This document shows, in pieces, positions 26,320-36,641 of a stretch of DNA of 64,000 bases. Each line of letters opens with the position of its first letter. Position 1 is the stretch's first letter. Under the pieces are notes generated by a model. The model made no database searches, had not been told where the DNA came from, and saw nothing but the letters and a program-made list of their open reading frames with translations. The position numbers and the translations under genes are program-made. Origin of the DNA: a virus; the IMG/VR virus record IMGVR_UViG_3300042520_001372. One strand, written 5' to 3'.

Positions 26320-27127
26320 TATATTCCTTCCAGTACCTATAAGTTCTAATTAAATCCTCTTCGCTTCTAACTTGTAGACCTCTTAAGATTGTTTGCCATG
26401 CTTCAAAGTTCTCAACCTCTTCTGGAGTGCCGAACACTGTAACGAAGTCGGTAGGGTAGCAAGTCACTTTCAAATTATCCTGAATCAATAAATTATAAAC
26501 TAACGTAACGTAATATTCTCCGTTGTAGTTTATATCTAAGTCCATGAGTTGTTGGAAATACTTCTTAATATAAAATCCTTTCTTAAAGTAGTAAGTCCCG
26601 GTAGAGGCATGCTCCTGCATCGGATCTTCCGTATAAGGCTCTTTCTCTTTTATCTCAGAAACCGCTAAGTCACTTTCTTTCATATAAGCCATAAAGGTAG
26701 AGCTTAATCGGTGAGGATGAAATCCAACATGACTCAAAATACATCCATCACTTTCACTTTCCTTAATCCATTTTTTAAATTCTGCGTAGTTCCACAAGTA
26801 GGGATTATCACAGTAGCAAACTATAACCTCTTCATTATCATCAATATAGCTCTCCATTCCTGTCATAGTGTATACCGGGCCTTTTTTGTGAGGAGGTACT
26901 CCAACGATGGTAGCATCAGACCTAATATTAATTATAATTTCTCTCATGGAGGTTGTTGTTAGGTGATGGTGATTGCAGATAAAAATCAACTCATCTTCTT
27001 TATTAAACATACCGCAGATGTATTCAAGAATCCTTTTTCCGTTAACTGTAATAAGAGGTTTTGGATCTCTGTACCCTGCTTTTACAAACCGGTTACCAAA
27101 TCCGGCCATTGGTATAATTACTTTCAT
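26297..27127 (-). CDS. sugar-phosphate nucleotidyltransferase
   Basis: IIPMAGFG.RF..AGY..PKPLI, EK, A.TG.YYF, NGEYYV, FGTPEE. Confidence 0.88.
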   Translation of the reverse strand: MKVIIPMAGFGNRFVKAGYRDPKPLITVNGKRILEYICGMFNKEDELIFICNHHHLTTTSMREIIINIRSDATIVGVPPHKKGPVYTMTGMESYIDDNEEVIVCYCDNPYLWNYAEFKKWIKESESDGCILSHVGFHPHRLSSTFMAYMKESDLAVSEIKEKEPYTEDPMQEHASTGTYYFKKGFYIKKYFQQLMDLDINYNGEYYVTLVYNLLIQDNLKVTCYPTDFVTVFGTPEEVENFEAWQTILRGLQVRSEEDLIRTYRYWKEYNEQGDTQ

Positions 27128-28596
27128 AAACTCTTTCTGTATTTTTCTGATTCTAAACTTAAAAGCTCAAACATATCATCACTGAATAATGTATGTCTGG
27201 ACTGTAGTGTTTCTGTAATGTAGTGAATATAGTTGTTGAAGGCAAGTACTTCCAGGCTTTGTTTTTTATCTGAGAAGATTACTGCGTCAGGGAAGTAATA
27301 ATGCTCACTCTTCTTCTCTTTAGCAAAAGCTAATGTAAATGTTATAAAGCTTAATATCTGGTTCTGCAAATACTTCTGTGCTTTGTATGTAATATCTTTC
27401 ACCAAAGTTAACGCTTCTTCCTTTGAATCTGAACTTATTATCAATCCGTGGTTCTGTAAGAAGGTAATGCTTGGTTTGTCTTTCAATCGCTCTAAAGCTT
27501 TGAATAGGGAATACCCAGGTGCTGTATAAGGAACATAGGTATATTCATAATCGTTATAAATTTCCTGAAGAACTTCTTTTACATTACCTAAGCAAAGAAT
27601 AGCTGTCAGGTAAACAGGGTGCAGGTGGATAGTGTATTTGTTTAATAAAGCATGTAAGCCAACTTCCATCGAAGGTCTTTTACCTGTGTAGAATATATCA
27701 GATTCAAATAAAGCATCATACCTCTCAGAGGTTGAAATACCTTTCATCATAGCAGGTCGAACAATTGAGTAACCATTCACTCTACTCACATCTTTCATCT
27801 TAAAGCCAGAAGCTTTTATAAACATATGATCACCGGTCTTTATAGAGATATTTCCTCCTGTGTGTTGACATAGTAAGATATCAGCTCCAAGGTTATTAGA
27901 AAGTTCAATAAAGTCTTTTATGTCTGTGTTATAGTCTTTAACAAAAGTAAATAAGTATTCATTAGCAGGTTTTATAAACCGGTAACTTATTACTACATCA
28001 ACTACTTCATTCTTATCTCCAATGTTCCTAATTGGCTTTTCTGGTATCATATCAACAATAACATCCGCAATAGCAATTTGCCTTTCGTTTATTTTTATAG
28101 CATCAAGCTTCCTCCTATTGATTGCATCTATGACAGCACTGTACTTATAGCCCCTCTTTTCAGTATCTCTGATTATCTTCCAGTGAGTACGTAATGTTTC
28201 GTCTGTATTAATAAAGATTTTAAGATCAGTTAACTGCTGAGATTGTTCAGTATAGAATGCATGAAGGCCTTGATTGATAATTATTCTATTAGATTCAATC
28301 TTTTCAGGTGCTTTAAATGTTCCTGTACCGTGGTCGTAAGCAGAACGATAAATAGAATTACCTTCAGATAGTTCCTTTAAGTGAATATCTCCTAACTCTA
28401 AGTTATTAGCTTCTGGGTTAAGGTGGGTAAAGATATCCCAATTCGGACTTGTCCTTTCCCACCTATGCAAATCATCTGTACTAAGAGTGATTGTATTTTC
28501 TTTTCCAAAAAACAATTGCACAATCCCGGTCATTGTAGATTTACCTACTCCAGATTCTCCAGCAATACCTATTATGTAAGGTTTTACTAAACTCAT
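27124..28596 (-). CDS. phosphoribulokinase/uridine kinase fused to class II aldolase-like domain
   Basis: N: IGIAGESGVGKST, DD.H.WER, Y.H.TG.F, GLH, WKI.RD...RG; C: GGNIS.K, KASG, RPSME..LH, H.HP, LQNHGL. Confidence 0.85.
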   Translation of the reverse strand: MSLVKPYIIGIAGESGVGKSTMTGIVQLFFGKENTITLSTDDLHRWERTSPNWDIFTHLNPEANNLELGDIHLKELSEGNSIYRSAYDHGTGTFKAPEKIESNRIIINQGLHAFYTEQSQQLTDLKIFINTDETLRTHWKIIRDTEKRGYKYSAVIDAINRRKLDAIKINERQIAIADVIVDMIPEKPIRNIGDKNEVVDVVISYRFIKPANEYLFTFVKDYNTDIKDFIELSNNLGADILLCQHTGGNISIKTGDHMFIKASGFKMKDVSRVNGYSIVRPAMMKGISTSERYDALFESDIFYTGKRPSMEVGLHALLNKYTIHLHPVYLTAILCLGNVKEVLQEIYNDYEYTYVPYTAPGYSLFKALERLKDKPSITFLQNHGLIISSDSKEEALTLVKDITYKAQKYLQNQILSFITFTLAFAKEKKSEHYYFPDAVIFSDKKQSLEVLAFNNYIHYITETLQSRHTLFSDDMFELLSLESEKYRKSL

Positions 28597-29822
28597 TATT
28601 TACTGATGATCTCAAATTTAGGACAAGGTACAATAAATTTACCACCTTTATTTAAGAACTCTTGCTCTCTTGAAACAAACTCGCTAATAAAGTGCCAGGG
28701 AAGTACTAATAAGTAATCAGGCTTAGCTGCTCTCATTTCATCTTCTGAGATGATTGGAATGTCTGTTCCGATTGTTTTCAATCCGAACTTATAAGGACTG
28801 CGTTCGGCAATAGCTGTAATCAAAGTGTGGTCTAATTCAAAGTACTGAAGCAGAGTGTTTCCTTTTGTTGATGCTCCATATCCGTAAATTGTTTTTCCTT
28901 TGGCTACTTCTCCTTTGATAAAGGAAACTGTTTCTTCTTTTAAAGCATCAATTTGATTTTGATACTCAGCCCATACCTCTGGAGATTCAATATTGATCTT
29001 CTCTTCTAAAGAAAGTATTGATTGAATTCGATAATTGCAAACATCTCTTAATGGTGAAGTTCCAAACGAAGTAACATCGGCATTATTCTTCTGTACGTAG
29101 ATGCGGAAGCTTCCTCCGTTAACATCATTCAATTCACAATCAACAATCTTTAAGCTGTGGTTAGCAAAGAGATTCATAACTGTCTTCAGTGAATAGTAGT
29201 AGCGATGCTCATGGCAAATATTGTCAAATGCAAGCTGTTGGATCATTAGTGGAGTATAACTCAACTGTAATACCCAAACACCATTATCATCTAGGATCTT
29301 TGTAACATCGTGAACAAATGAATTCGGATCAGATAAGTCGTAAAACATTGCAATGGTTGTAATTACCTTTGCTTTCTTATCACCATGACCGGTCCTTTGG
29401 TAAGCATCATAAGAAAAATAATCCTGAATGACTGTTCCGTGTTTAGAAGATTCTTGGTAAAAGGAATCATCGCAAGGGTCGATACCTAGCTTAACAAACT
29501 CATTAGGAATCTGTTTAAGCATTGTGCCATCATTACAGGCAATATCTAACCACACATCCCCTTCCTTGTACTTCACCCGAGAGGTAATTTCGCTAACAAT
29601 GTTCCCTAGCTCTTTAGTCATGGTAGCATTAATACCAGAACGGTACCAATACTTACCCCACATTGTTTCGTTGGGAGCATCTTCTACTAATCTAACAGCA
29701 CCTGTACTTTCTTCTATCTGCAAATCCAGGCTGTATTTGTTTCTGCCTTCATAATCTGTTTCGTCTTTAATAAAATCTGAAACGTAGTGTGAGTTTAACT
29801 TTAATACTGTATTTGTTTTCAT
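28596..29822 (-). CDS. NDP-sugar C-methyltransferase
   Basis: Y.YRSG...TM, LDIACNDG, AMFYDL, FD.ICHEH.YY, NGGS.R, YGASTKGNTLLQ, PDY.LVLPWHF. Confidence 0.9.
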   Translation of the reverse strand: MKTNTVLKLNSHYVSDFIKDETDYEGRNKYSLDLQIEESTGAVRLVEDAPNETMWGKYWYRSGINATMTKELGNIVSEITSRVKYKEGDVWLDIACNDGTMLKQIPNEFVKLGIDPCDDSFYQESSKHGTVIQDYFSYDAYQRTGHGDKKAKVITTIAMFYDLSDPNSFVHDVTKILDDNGVWVLQLSYTPLMIQQLAFDNICHEHRYYYSLKTVMNLFANHSLKIVDCELNDVNGGSFRIYVQKNNADVTSFGTSPLRDVCNYRIQSILSLEEKINIESPEVWAEYQNQIDALKEETVSFIKGEVAKGKTIYGYGASTKGNTLLQYFELDHTLITAIAERSPYKFGLKTIGTDIPIISEDEMRAAKPDYLLVLPWHFISEFVSREQEFLNKGGKFIVPCPKFEIISK

Positions 29823-30775
29823 CTCTTTAAATCGTGGTTAACCATTTTTGTAATCATTTCTTCGAATGAGGTTTTAGGAGCCCATCCTAAATGATTGTTT
29901 ATTTTACTGTAATCTCCTTTTAAATCTTGAATATCGTTATTGCGGACAAACTTTGGATTAATTGTAATATAGGCATTGTAGTCAGTTATTCCAACTGCTT
30001 TAAAAGCAACCTCTAGCAAATATCTTAGAGAGTGAGACTCGTTAGTTGATATAACAAAGTCTTCAGCGGTATCATTTTGTAACATCAACCACATAGCTTC
30101 AACGAAGTCAGGAGCATAACCCCAATCCCTTGTCACATCTAAATTACCTAGTTCAATACTATCGATTTCTCCTTTAGCTATTTTAGCTATTCCATTAGTA
30201 ATCTTTCTAGTAACAAACTCCAAGCCTCTTCTTTCTGATTCGTGGTTAAAGCTGATACCATTACAGGCAAACAGTCCATAGGACTCTCTGTAGTTTCTAA
30301 TGATCCATTGAGCGTATAACTTAGCTACTCCGTAAGGTGACTTTGGGTAAGGAATAGTCTGTTCGTTAGCCGTAGTGTACTTTAAGTTACCAAAGATTTC
30401 ACTAGTGCCTGCTTGGTAAAATTTAATATCAGGATTGACCTGTTTAATTGCTTCTAAGAATCTTAATACACCAACACCATTTACGTTAGCGGTATACTCT
30501 GGGGTAATCCAGCTATTCGGTGCAAAAGATACTGCACCAAAGTTATAGATTTCATCCGGGTTGGCTTGGGTGACTGCTTTGTAGAGTGATGCTTGGTCAT
30601 TTATATCGACTTGTAAGAAATTTATTTTATCTTGAATCTGAACAATGTTATCTTTTTTAGATGTGTTTATATCCCTGGTTGATCCATAAACGGTATAGCC
30701 TTTCTCTAACAGAAAATCCGCCATGTGGCTTCCAACCATCCCAGTAACTCCTGTTATTAATGCTACCTTTGTCAT
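29819..30775 (-). CDS. gmd: GDP-mannose 4,6-dehydratase
   Basis: ALITGVTG..GS, PDEIYN, QA.TSE.FG, SPYGVAK, FNHES.RRG..FVTRK, LGNL...RDWG.A. Confidence 0.92.
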   Translation of the reverse strand: MTKVALITGVTGMVGSHMADFLLEKGYTVYGSTRDINTSKKDNIVQIQDKINFLQVDINDQASLYKAVTQANPDEIYNFGAVSFAPNSWITPEYTANVNGVGVLRFLEAIKQVNPDIKFYQAGTSEIFGNLKYTTANEQTIPYPKSPYGVAKLYAQWIIRNYRESYGLFACNGISFNHESERRGLEFVTRKITNGIAKIAKGEIDSIELGNLDVTRDWGYAPDFVEAMWLMLQNDTAEDFVISTNESHSLRYLLEVAFKAVGITDYNAYITINPKFVRNNDIQDLKGDYSKINNHLGWAPKTSFEEMITKMVNHDLKR

Positions 30776-30777
30776 AA

Positions 30778-31401
30778 TTACTTAACGTAGGTGAAAAGGT
30801 AATGATCTTCAAAAGATACTTTTTCCCATACGTAACCTGGTAGTAATGCTTGTACAGCTTCCACTGTCACTCCTAAATGTATTTCGACCATAACATCAGG
30901 ATGATTTTGCTCAATTGTTTTTTGAGCTCCTCTTAAAACTTCTAACTCTAAACCTTCAACATCTATTTTAATAAAAGTAACATTTAAAAAATCATAACTA
31001 TCTAATGTTCTTAGTACTATTGGATGTCCGTTTGAACTTACTTTAGATGTTCCTGAGTTATGATCCATACTATTTACAAATTCTAGGAACCCTTGTATAT
31101 TGTCAGAAGAGATTCCTACATCATAAATTTCACAATCTGAGCAGTTTTTGTGTAATAAAGGAAGGTTATCGGGGTGAGGTTCAAAACAAACCACCCGATC
31201 TGCTTTACATACTTTCTTAAAAAACAAAGCGTGATTACCAATGTTTGCACCTACATCTATAACAAAATCAAAAGACTTTACTTTTTCTTTTAACGGTGTC
31301 AATAGCCATTCCTCAAAAAAAGTATTATTTTCTGAAGCTATCCGCCCTATAAGGTCTGGGTGGTACTGTATCTCATACTCTTTATCTTCGTATTTTATCA
31401 T
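30778..31401 (-). CDS. FkbM-family methyltransferase
   Basis: IDVGANIG.H, FEP, IKIDVEG.E..VL.GA. Confidence 0.9.
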   Translation of the reverse strand: MIKYEDKEYEIQYHPDLIGRIASENNTFFEEWLLTPLKEKVKSFDFVIDVGANIGNHALFFKKVCKADRVVCFEPHPDNLPLLHKNCSDCEIYDVGISSDNIQGFLEFVNSMDHNSGTSKVSSNGHPIVLRTLDSYDFLNVTFIKIDVEGLELEVLRGAQKTIEQNHPDVMVEIHLGVTVEAVQALLPGYVWEKVSFEDHYLFTYVK

Positions 31402-32012
31402 AATGTTTCGTAATAATTGTTTTGTTTTTCCTGTCTTTCGATAGTCTTAGGGTGAATCAAAGCTAATTCATCTACTGCAGGTAAGGTAGTATATTGTTTG
31501 AACCCAACAATCTTTTCATGAACTTTATTCTCCCATTTGATCTCTGGGTTGTTTCTATAGATTCTGCTCTGGTAATCAGGCCAATTCACTCTTCCGTTCT
31601 GTACTCTCCAACCCCATTTCTGTATATGCTCCGGGGTGAGACCACTTACAGTATTAATCCTAGGAACATAGTACAGATCAACTTCGGGGTTAGCTTCCAG
31701 TATTTGATGAAGGAGGTCGATAAACTCTGCAGGTAAGTATTCATCAGCATCTATCTGGAATATGAAATCGCCGGTACAGTGTGATGATAATAAGTTCTTC
31801 CAGTCTGCAAAATGTCCTTCAAAGCGGTTGCTTACTAAACATCCTTCTGATTTAATTGTATCAAGGTAGGTTATTACTTCTTGAGTGCCTTTACTCTGAT
31901 CGAATAGGATTATTATCTCATCTTCTTTGTGTTTGTTAGAAATAAGGAAATCAACTAAGCGTTTAATCTCCTCTAATTCATCACAGACTGTAATAGCATA
32001 GCTAATTTTCAT
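31398..32012 (-). CDS. glycosyltransferase family 2
   Basis: ISYAITVC.E, F...KN, FQIDADE, NWPDYQ.R, VHE. Confidence 0.88.
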   Translation of the reverse strand: MKISYAITVCDELEEIKRLVDFLISNKHKEDEIIILFDQSKGTQEVITYLDTIKSEGCLVSNRFEGHFADWKNLLSSHCTGDFIFQIDADEYLPAEFIDLLHQILEANPEVDLYYVPRINTVSGLTPEHIQKWGWRVQNGRVNWPDYQSRIYRNNPEIKWENKVHEKIVGFKQYTTLPAVDELALIHPKTIERQEKQNNYYETL

Positions 32013-32028
32013 ATTATTAATATATGAA

Positions 32029-32484
32029 TTAAGCTCCTAAAATGCCAATATATTCTAGAGCATCCATGAAGTCTTTTTCTTCAAAGTACTTAGCTGTAGA
32101 CATATCCATTCTGAATTCATAGTATTCGTTCTTCTTGCCTGGCTTAGGATACTTCTTCTTCTCCTCTTCCTTGACAGGAACTGCCTTAACTCCGGTCCAT
32201 CTCCATTCACTCTTATTTGATCCTTGAGCAAATACCATTCCTTTATCGGGCTGGTTAACCGTATTTGGCATCCAGATCTTACCTTCTGCATCTTTAAAGA
32301 ATAGATCTTTGTAGAGCTCAGGAAGAATTTCTGCCTGTAAAGTAATAAATTCGCTTCCTTCAGTCATAACAGTGTTGGTAATAAACCCGCAACCGTAACA
32401 AAGGTAGTTAGTAACTTCAGGAGAGACTTCCTGAGTGTAGCAAGCATCGGAGCCGCATCTATCGCAGATTGTTAAATTGTCCAT
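32029..32484 (-). CDS. Zn-ribbon hypothetical protein
   Basis: CDRCGSDAC...C.GCGF. Confidence 0.75.
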   Translation of the reverse strand: MDNLTICDRCGSDACYTQEVSPEVTNYLCYGCGFITNTVMTEGSEFITLQAEILPELYKDLFFKDAEGKIWMPNTVNQPDKGMVFAQGSNKSEWRWTGVKAVPVKEEEKKKYPKPGKKNEYYEFRMDMSTAKYFEEKDFMDALEYIGILGA

Positions 32485-32669
32485 TTAGTCTTTTTTTTAT
32501 AGTCTTCTAAAGCTTTCAAGGATGCTTTTCTTTGAACTACTTTAGTTTTAGTCACGTAGTTATTCATATACTTACCCAGAAGTCTTTCGTGGGTTAGTTT
32601 CTGTACCTCTCTCCGGGTACGTCTGAAGAGGTATCTAAAGTTTAAGATAACTGTTAGTAAGTCTTTCAT
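32472..32669 (-). CDS. small basic hypothetical protein
   Basis: Coupled start and stop. Confidence 0.5.
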   Translation of the reverse strand: MKDLLTVILNFRYLFRRTRREVQKLTHERLLGKYMNNYVTKTKVVQRKASLKALEDYKKKTKWTI

Positions 32670-33970
32670 TATAGCTTTTTAAGTTTAGGTAGTTCAATTT
32701 TCTTTAACTGAGGTAGTTGAAGCTTTATCTCCTTTGGGAATTCAGGTATATGCTTGGTTAATAACGTATCTAATCTCTCTTTCATCTTATCATAAGAGAA
32801 TTCAGTTTTCGACCTATAAGCCTGTCTCTTTGCTCCGTCAGTATACTTTTTGTAGTTCTCAAATACATCCCTCATTTTTGCTCCTAACATACCTGCATCA
32901 GGTGAAAACCATTGAGCGCCTTCTAAAATAATTCCCGGTACGTAAGCACTTGGATGGACTGGTTTTAGTTTTCCTGGGATTAAGGTAACGAATTCTGAAT
33001 CTAAATAATCTAAGTGTCCAGACCAATCACTAACTAGGATCGGTTTCTTTATTAACGAAAATTCTAATAAAGGTCTTCCAAAGCCTTCACCCTTGGTTAG
33101 ATTAACCATTGCTTTTACTTTAGGGTGATTATATAGCTGGTTAACCTCTTGATCGGAAAACTCTCCATGAAGTAGGTAGACGTTCGGGATATTAACAGAA
33201 TTGACAGTCTTTCTGATTGAGGCAATTCTTTTTAGTATCTCTTCTCGGTCCATATAAGAAGTTCCGCCCATTGAAGTTTTAAGTATCAATGCAGGTTTTT
33301 TAGCTTTATTCTTAAATGTTTCATAGAATGCTTTGATGAGTAACCCAACATTCTTTCTATCCTCTCCAAGGTCTCCTTGCAGCCAATGACCGACAAATAA
33401 ATAAGCGAAGTCTTCCTTAATGCTAGAAAGATTAATATCAACTACCTCTTTAGATTCTAAAGGAAGATATTTCGTAATATCTACTCCTTCAAATAAAACC
33501 TCTAAAGGCTTTTCAAGCTTAATAGTTCGTATTAACTGATTTGTTTTTTTATCTTTCTCTTCGAAGTTTGATTTCTCTAAAGCCTCTTTTGAAAATGTAG
33601 ATGATACGAAAGTAATATCCATTCTATTTAGTCCTTCAATCCACTCCGGCGCACACATCGTAGTCTCAACTCCGGCTGTAAAGCCGATGTTGTATTTACC
33701 TACAGCCTGGAATTCATTAGGAACTGTTAACTGAGACCAGATTTCTGGCTGACGGGGTAATTGAGGAGATGTTAAAATATGTTCTTTAAGAAAGCCCCAA
33801 TCCTCTTTAAAGTCTTCGATAAAGCCCCAGGGAGTACTTCCCCATCTTTGTGGTAGTATCTTAACATCATACTTGTCGAGTTCGATGATTGCTTTAACTA
33901 AGTCTCTTGATCTTGATCCATACCCGGAATAGGTATCTATCGGGCAACTAATTACGTATAATGGCTTCAT
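32669..33970 (-). CDS. glycosyltransferase family 4-like (GT-B)
   Basis: SGYG..SR, RKN...L, KGEGFGRPLLE, WSGH.D. Confidence 0.88.
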   Translation of the reverse strand: MKPLYVISCPIDTYSGYGSRSRDLVKAIIELDKYDVKILPQRWGSTPWGFIEDFKEDWGFLKEHILTSPQLPRQPEIWSQLTVPNEFQAVGKYNIGFTAGVETTMCAPEWIEGLNRMDITFVSSTFSKEALEKSNFEEKDKKTNQLIRTIKLEKPLEVLFEGVDITKYLPLESKEVVDINLSSIKEDFAYLFVGHWLQGDLGEDRKNVGLLIKAFYETFKNKAKKPALILKTSMGGTSYMDREEILKRIASIRKTVNSVNIPNVYLLHGEFSDQEVNQLYNHPKVKAMVNLTKGEGFGRPLLEFSLIKKPILVSDWSGHLDYLDSEFVTLIPGKLKPVHPSAYVPGIILEGAQWFSPDAGMLGAKMRDVFENYKKYTDGAKRQAYRSKTEFSYDKMKERLDTLLTKHIPEFPKEIKLQLPQLKKIELPKLKKL

Positions 33971-35406
33971 TAATATTTTAATTTATGAACTATCTTCTTT
34001 CTAGCAACTTCTCCTGCAAGGATTAATTCGTATTTTTCTCTCGGTGTCCAAGTTTCAAATAGAGTATCCATATGCTTAACGATTCTTTCTCCCATGATTT
34101 TAGAAGTAAACCCTGCTTCCGGACCTGCAGCCCACTTCCTACCAGCTTCACCTCTCCTCTTTCTCTCTGTATTTCCAAGCAAGTACACCTCCTCGATCAT
34201 CTGAGCAGCATCCTCTGCTTCACATCTATCATCCCAGATGTAAGGAGTTGGTACTGAACCTTGGATTGATCTTGAGACTGGATAGACTGGGAATGCCCAC
34301 TCTCCATGCTCTCTATAAGTACCTCTGTGATTGGATGGGAAATCGTAATCAAAGTCCATCCATACTCCATCTTTAACAAATCTCATCTGGTCTTGCATTC
34401 CACCGGTAACGTTTGCAATAATAGGCATACCTACAAGTAGAGCCTCAGTCAAACATAAACCCCATCCCTCATTCGAGGTTAATAGTATGCAAGTATCTGC
34501 GAGGTTATACAACCAGTTCATCCGAGTATGATCGAACATACCTCCTGTGAAATGAACGTTGATATGCTCCTCCGAACAGAATAATTCAACGACTGCATTT
34601 AAGTCTGTTCCATGCTCTTCAACCGGCTGGGTATGCATAAGAAGTAAACACTTCTTTGCTTTCTCTTTTGGAAGACTATCCACGAAGTGTCTGAATGCTA
34701 AGATTGTATCCGGGATCTGTTTCCGGCGAATGTTCCTGGAATTAAATAGAACGACGAAGTCGATCTCCTTTCCTTGAAACATCTGCTTTTTAAACTCCGT
34801 AAACTCTTTTGAACCTAATACGTCTTCAGTTAACGGTTTAAAATTGTCTTCGTTTACTCCATGAGGTACATACTCAATCATTTTATATTGAGCTTTATCT
34901 CCTAAGACTAATTTATTGATATTAACTGTCTGCTTTGAAATGCCGAACAATGCATCACACGACTCATAAAACTCTTTATTGTAGAGAGGTGCCGGATAGT
35001 CATCCCAAATATTCAAATACACGATCGGGATGTGTCTCCGGATCTCATTCTCCATTTGGAATAACCAAGTCCAATATCTTGGATCGGTAATGATGAAGAT
35101 TGCATCCGGCTTCTCCATTTGAATTAACTGGCGGGTTAGATCGGGATTTCCGTACCCGTCTGTCGGATAGAGCATCACCGAGGAATCCTGGATGCCGGCT
35201 TGCCTGTTAGTATCCTCGGAGAGATCAAAGCGTTGACCAGCTTCTGGATGCTTGACAGCTCCTCCTAAGTTAACCCAATTAAAGTGGTGAGCTGTATTGA
35301 TCACAAGCTCCCGACCCATGTGAGCGATACCGGAATGAACCCGAATGTCATCGCACATTAATAAAATTTTCTTTCGTTTGTCTTTTCGTATGTAACCGTC
35401 TTTCAT
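33970..35406 (-). CDS. glycosyltransferase family 4-like (GT-B)
   Basis: SGIA, YVPHG, RNIRRK, SNEGWGL...EA...G.PII...TGG..DQ. Confidence 0.9.
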   Translation of the reverse strand: MKDGYIRKDKRKKILLMCDDIRVHSGIAHMGRELVINTAHHFNWVNLGGAVKHPEAGQRFDLSEDTNRQAGIQDSSVMLYPTDGYGNPDLTRQLIQMEKPDAIFIITDPRYWTWLFQMENEIRRHIPIVYLNIWDDYPAPLYNKEFYESCDALFGISKQTVNINKLVLGDKAQYKMIEYVPHGVNEDNFKPLTEDVLGSKEFTEFKKQMFQGKEIDFVVLFNSRNIRRKQIPDTILAFRHFVDSLPKEKAKKCLLLMHTQPVEEHGTDLNAVVELFCSEEHINVHFTGGMFDHTRMNWLYNLADTCILLTSNEGWGLCLTEALLVGMPIIANVTGGMQDQMRFVKDGVWMDFDYDFPSNHRGTYREHGEWAFPVYPVSRSIQGSVPTPYIWDDRCEAEDAAQMIEEVYLLGNTERKRRGEAGRKWAAGPEAGFTSKIMGERIVKHMDTLFETWTPREKYELILAGEVARKKIVHKLKY

Positions 35407-35448
35407 AATATAACTTTAAAATAACTAATTAGTGGGAGGAAGGCAAGC

Positions 35449-35637
35449 TTATTTCTCTTGATAATCGATAATTGCCTTTCGAAAGTCTTTATCGTTCAAA
35501 TAAAGGTGAATGCATTTATTTACAAGGTTATGCAGAGTGAACCGGTCGCGTACGCACTCTACTTTAAAATCATTGAACTGGTCTTGTTCCACCTTCACGG
35601 AGGTTAATACCATTGTTTTAGTTGTATCTTTTGTCAT
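35449..35637 (-). CDS. ribbon-helix-helix-like small regulator
   Basis: LTSVKV....F..FK......F.L..LV....HLY. Confidence 0.65.
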   Translation of the reverse strand: MTKDTTKTMVLTSVKVEQDQFNDFKVECVRDRFTLHNLVNKCIHLYLNDKDFRKAIIDYQEK

Positions 35638-35687
35638 AAATATATCTTTATAATAAATATATACTGTCCTAAATTCGCGATCTAGAT

Positions 35688-36641
35688 TTATTTAAACTTC
35701 GCCCCTGCATGCTCGCAGTGCCTTGGCTGTTCGTAGAACGGACAAAACTTACAAGCACTAGCCGAGGGTGTTCTTGCATACACTCTCTCTTTTATCTCCC
35801 CTGTCGGTTCGAAACATTCTTTAATAAACTCTTCCATCTTACCAACTGCTTTCTTAGTCTTAATCGGACCTGAAGCTGGAATGAACTCCTGCACTCTCTT
35901 CTGAACGAAATCAGATTGTTCCCAAAGCTTTCTTTTAACAATAAAGAACTTAATATGAATCTTCTCCGGATTAACTCCGAACTGCTTATTAAAGAAATTC
36001 TTATAGAGGATCAATTGAGATTGTTTCATCTCGTCTTTCTTATCCTTGTCACCCCAACCTCTGGTCGAAGTCTTGATATCAAAGATATGATACTCGTCTG
36101 AAGGTTCATGATATAGAACTAAGTCAATAAAGCCTTTGAATAATACTCCCGGATGGTCTTCAATAGGTTGAATCATTAGTGGAATTTCAACTCCTACTAA
36201 ATGCCAACCCTGTTTGCCGAAGTAAGCTGCTCTATTCTTTTTAATATACTTAAGGATAGTGCAGCCGTCTTCGTAGAACTCCTGTAAGTCTTTCGCAGTA
36301 ACAAAATGCTCTCCGTTGTTATTCTTCTTCTCGTCTGAGTAATGGAAGATTAATCCTTCGTAAAGTTTATCTTCTAAGTCCATCGCATCGGCTGCCACTC
36401 CTGATACTTCATATAGGGTTGTTAGCCAGTCCTGAACTGTTTCATGGAATGCTTTACCGAACACAGTATGAATGGAAGGCTTATAGACTTTAATCTTGTC
36501 TTTATAAGTTAGCTTCCAACGGTGAGGACATTGATTATAGACCTGCATTTGAGAGTAAGAGATGTTCTTCTGAGTCTCTTTGTCGATCTCCAGAAGCTTA
36601 TGCTCCCGGATCTGCTTAATTACTTTCGGTAACTTGATCAT
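35688..36641 (-). CDS. PD-(D/E)XK Cas4/RecB-like exonuclease with Fe-S cysteines
   Basis: SYSQ...Y..CP, G...H, E..., GFID, D.KTS, QL..Y, C.FCPF....C. Confidence 0.88.
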   Translation of the reverse strand: MIKLPKVIKQIREHKLLEIDKETQKNISYSQMQVYNQCPHRWKLTYKDKIKVYKPSIHTVFGKAFHETVQDWLTTLYEVSGVAADAMDLEDKLYEGLIFHYSDEKKNNNGEHFVTAKDLQEFYEDGCTILKYIKKNRAAYFGKQGWHLVGVEIPLMIQPIEDHPGVLFKGFIDLVLYHEPSDEYHIFDIKTSTRGWGDKDKKDEMKQSQLILYKNFFNKQFGVNPEKIHIKFFIVKRKLWEQSDFVQKRVQEFIPASGPIKTKKAVGKMEEFIKECFEPTGEIKERVYARTPSASACKFCPFYEQPRHCEHAGAKFK

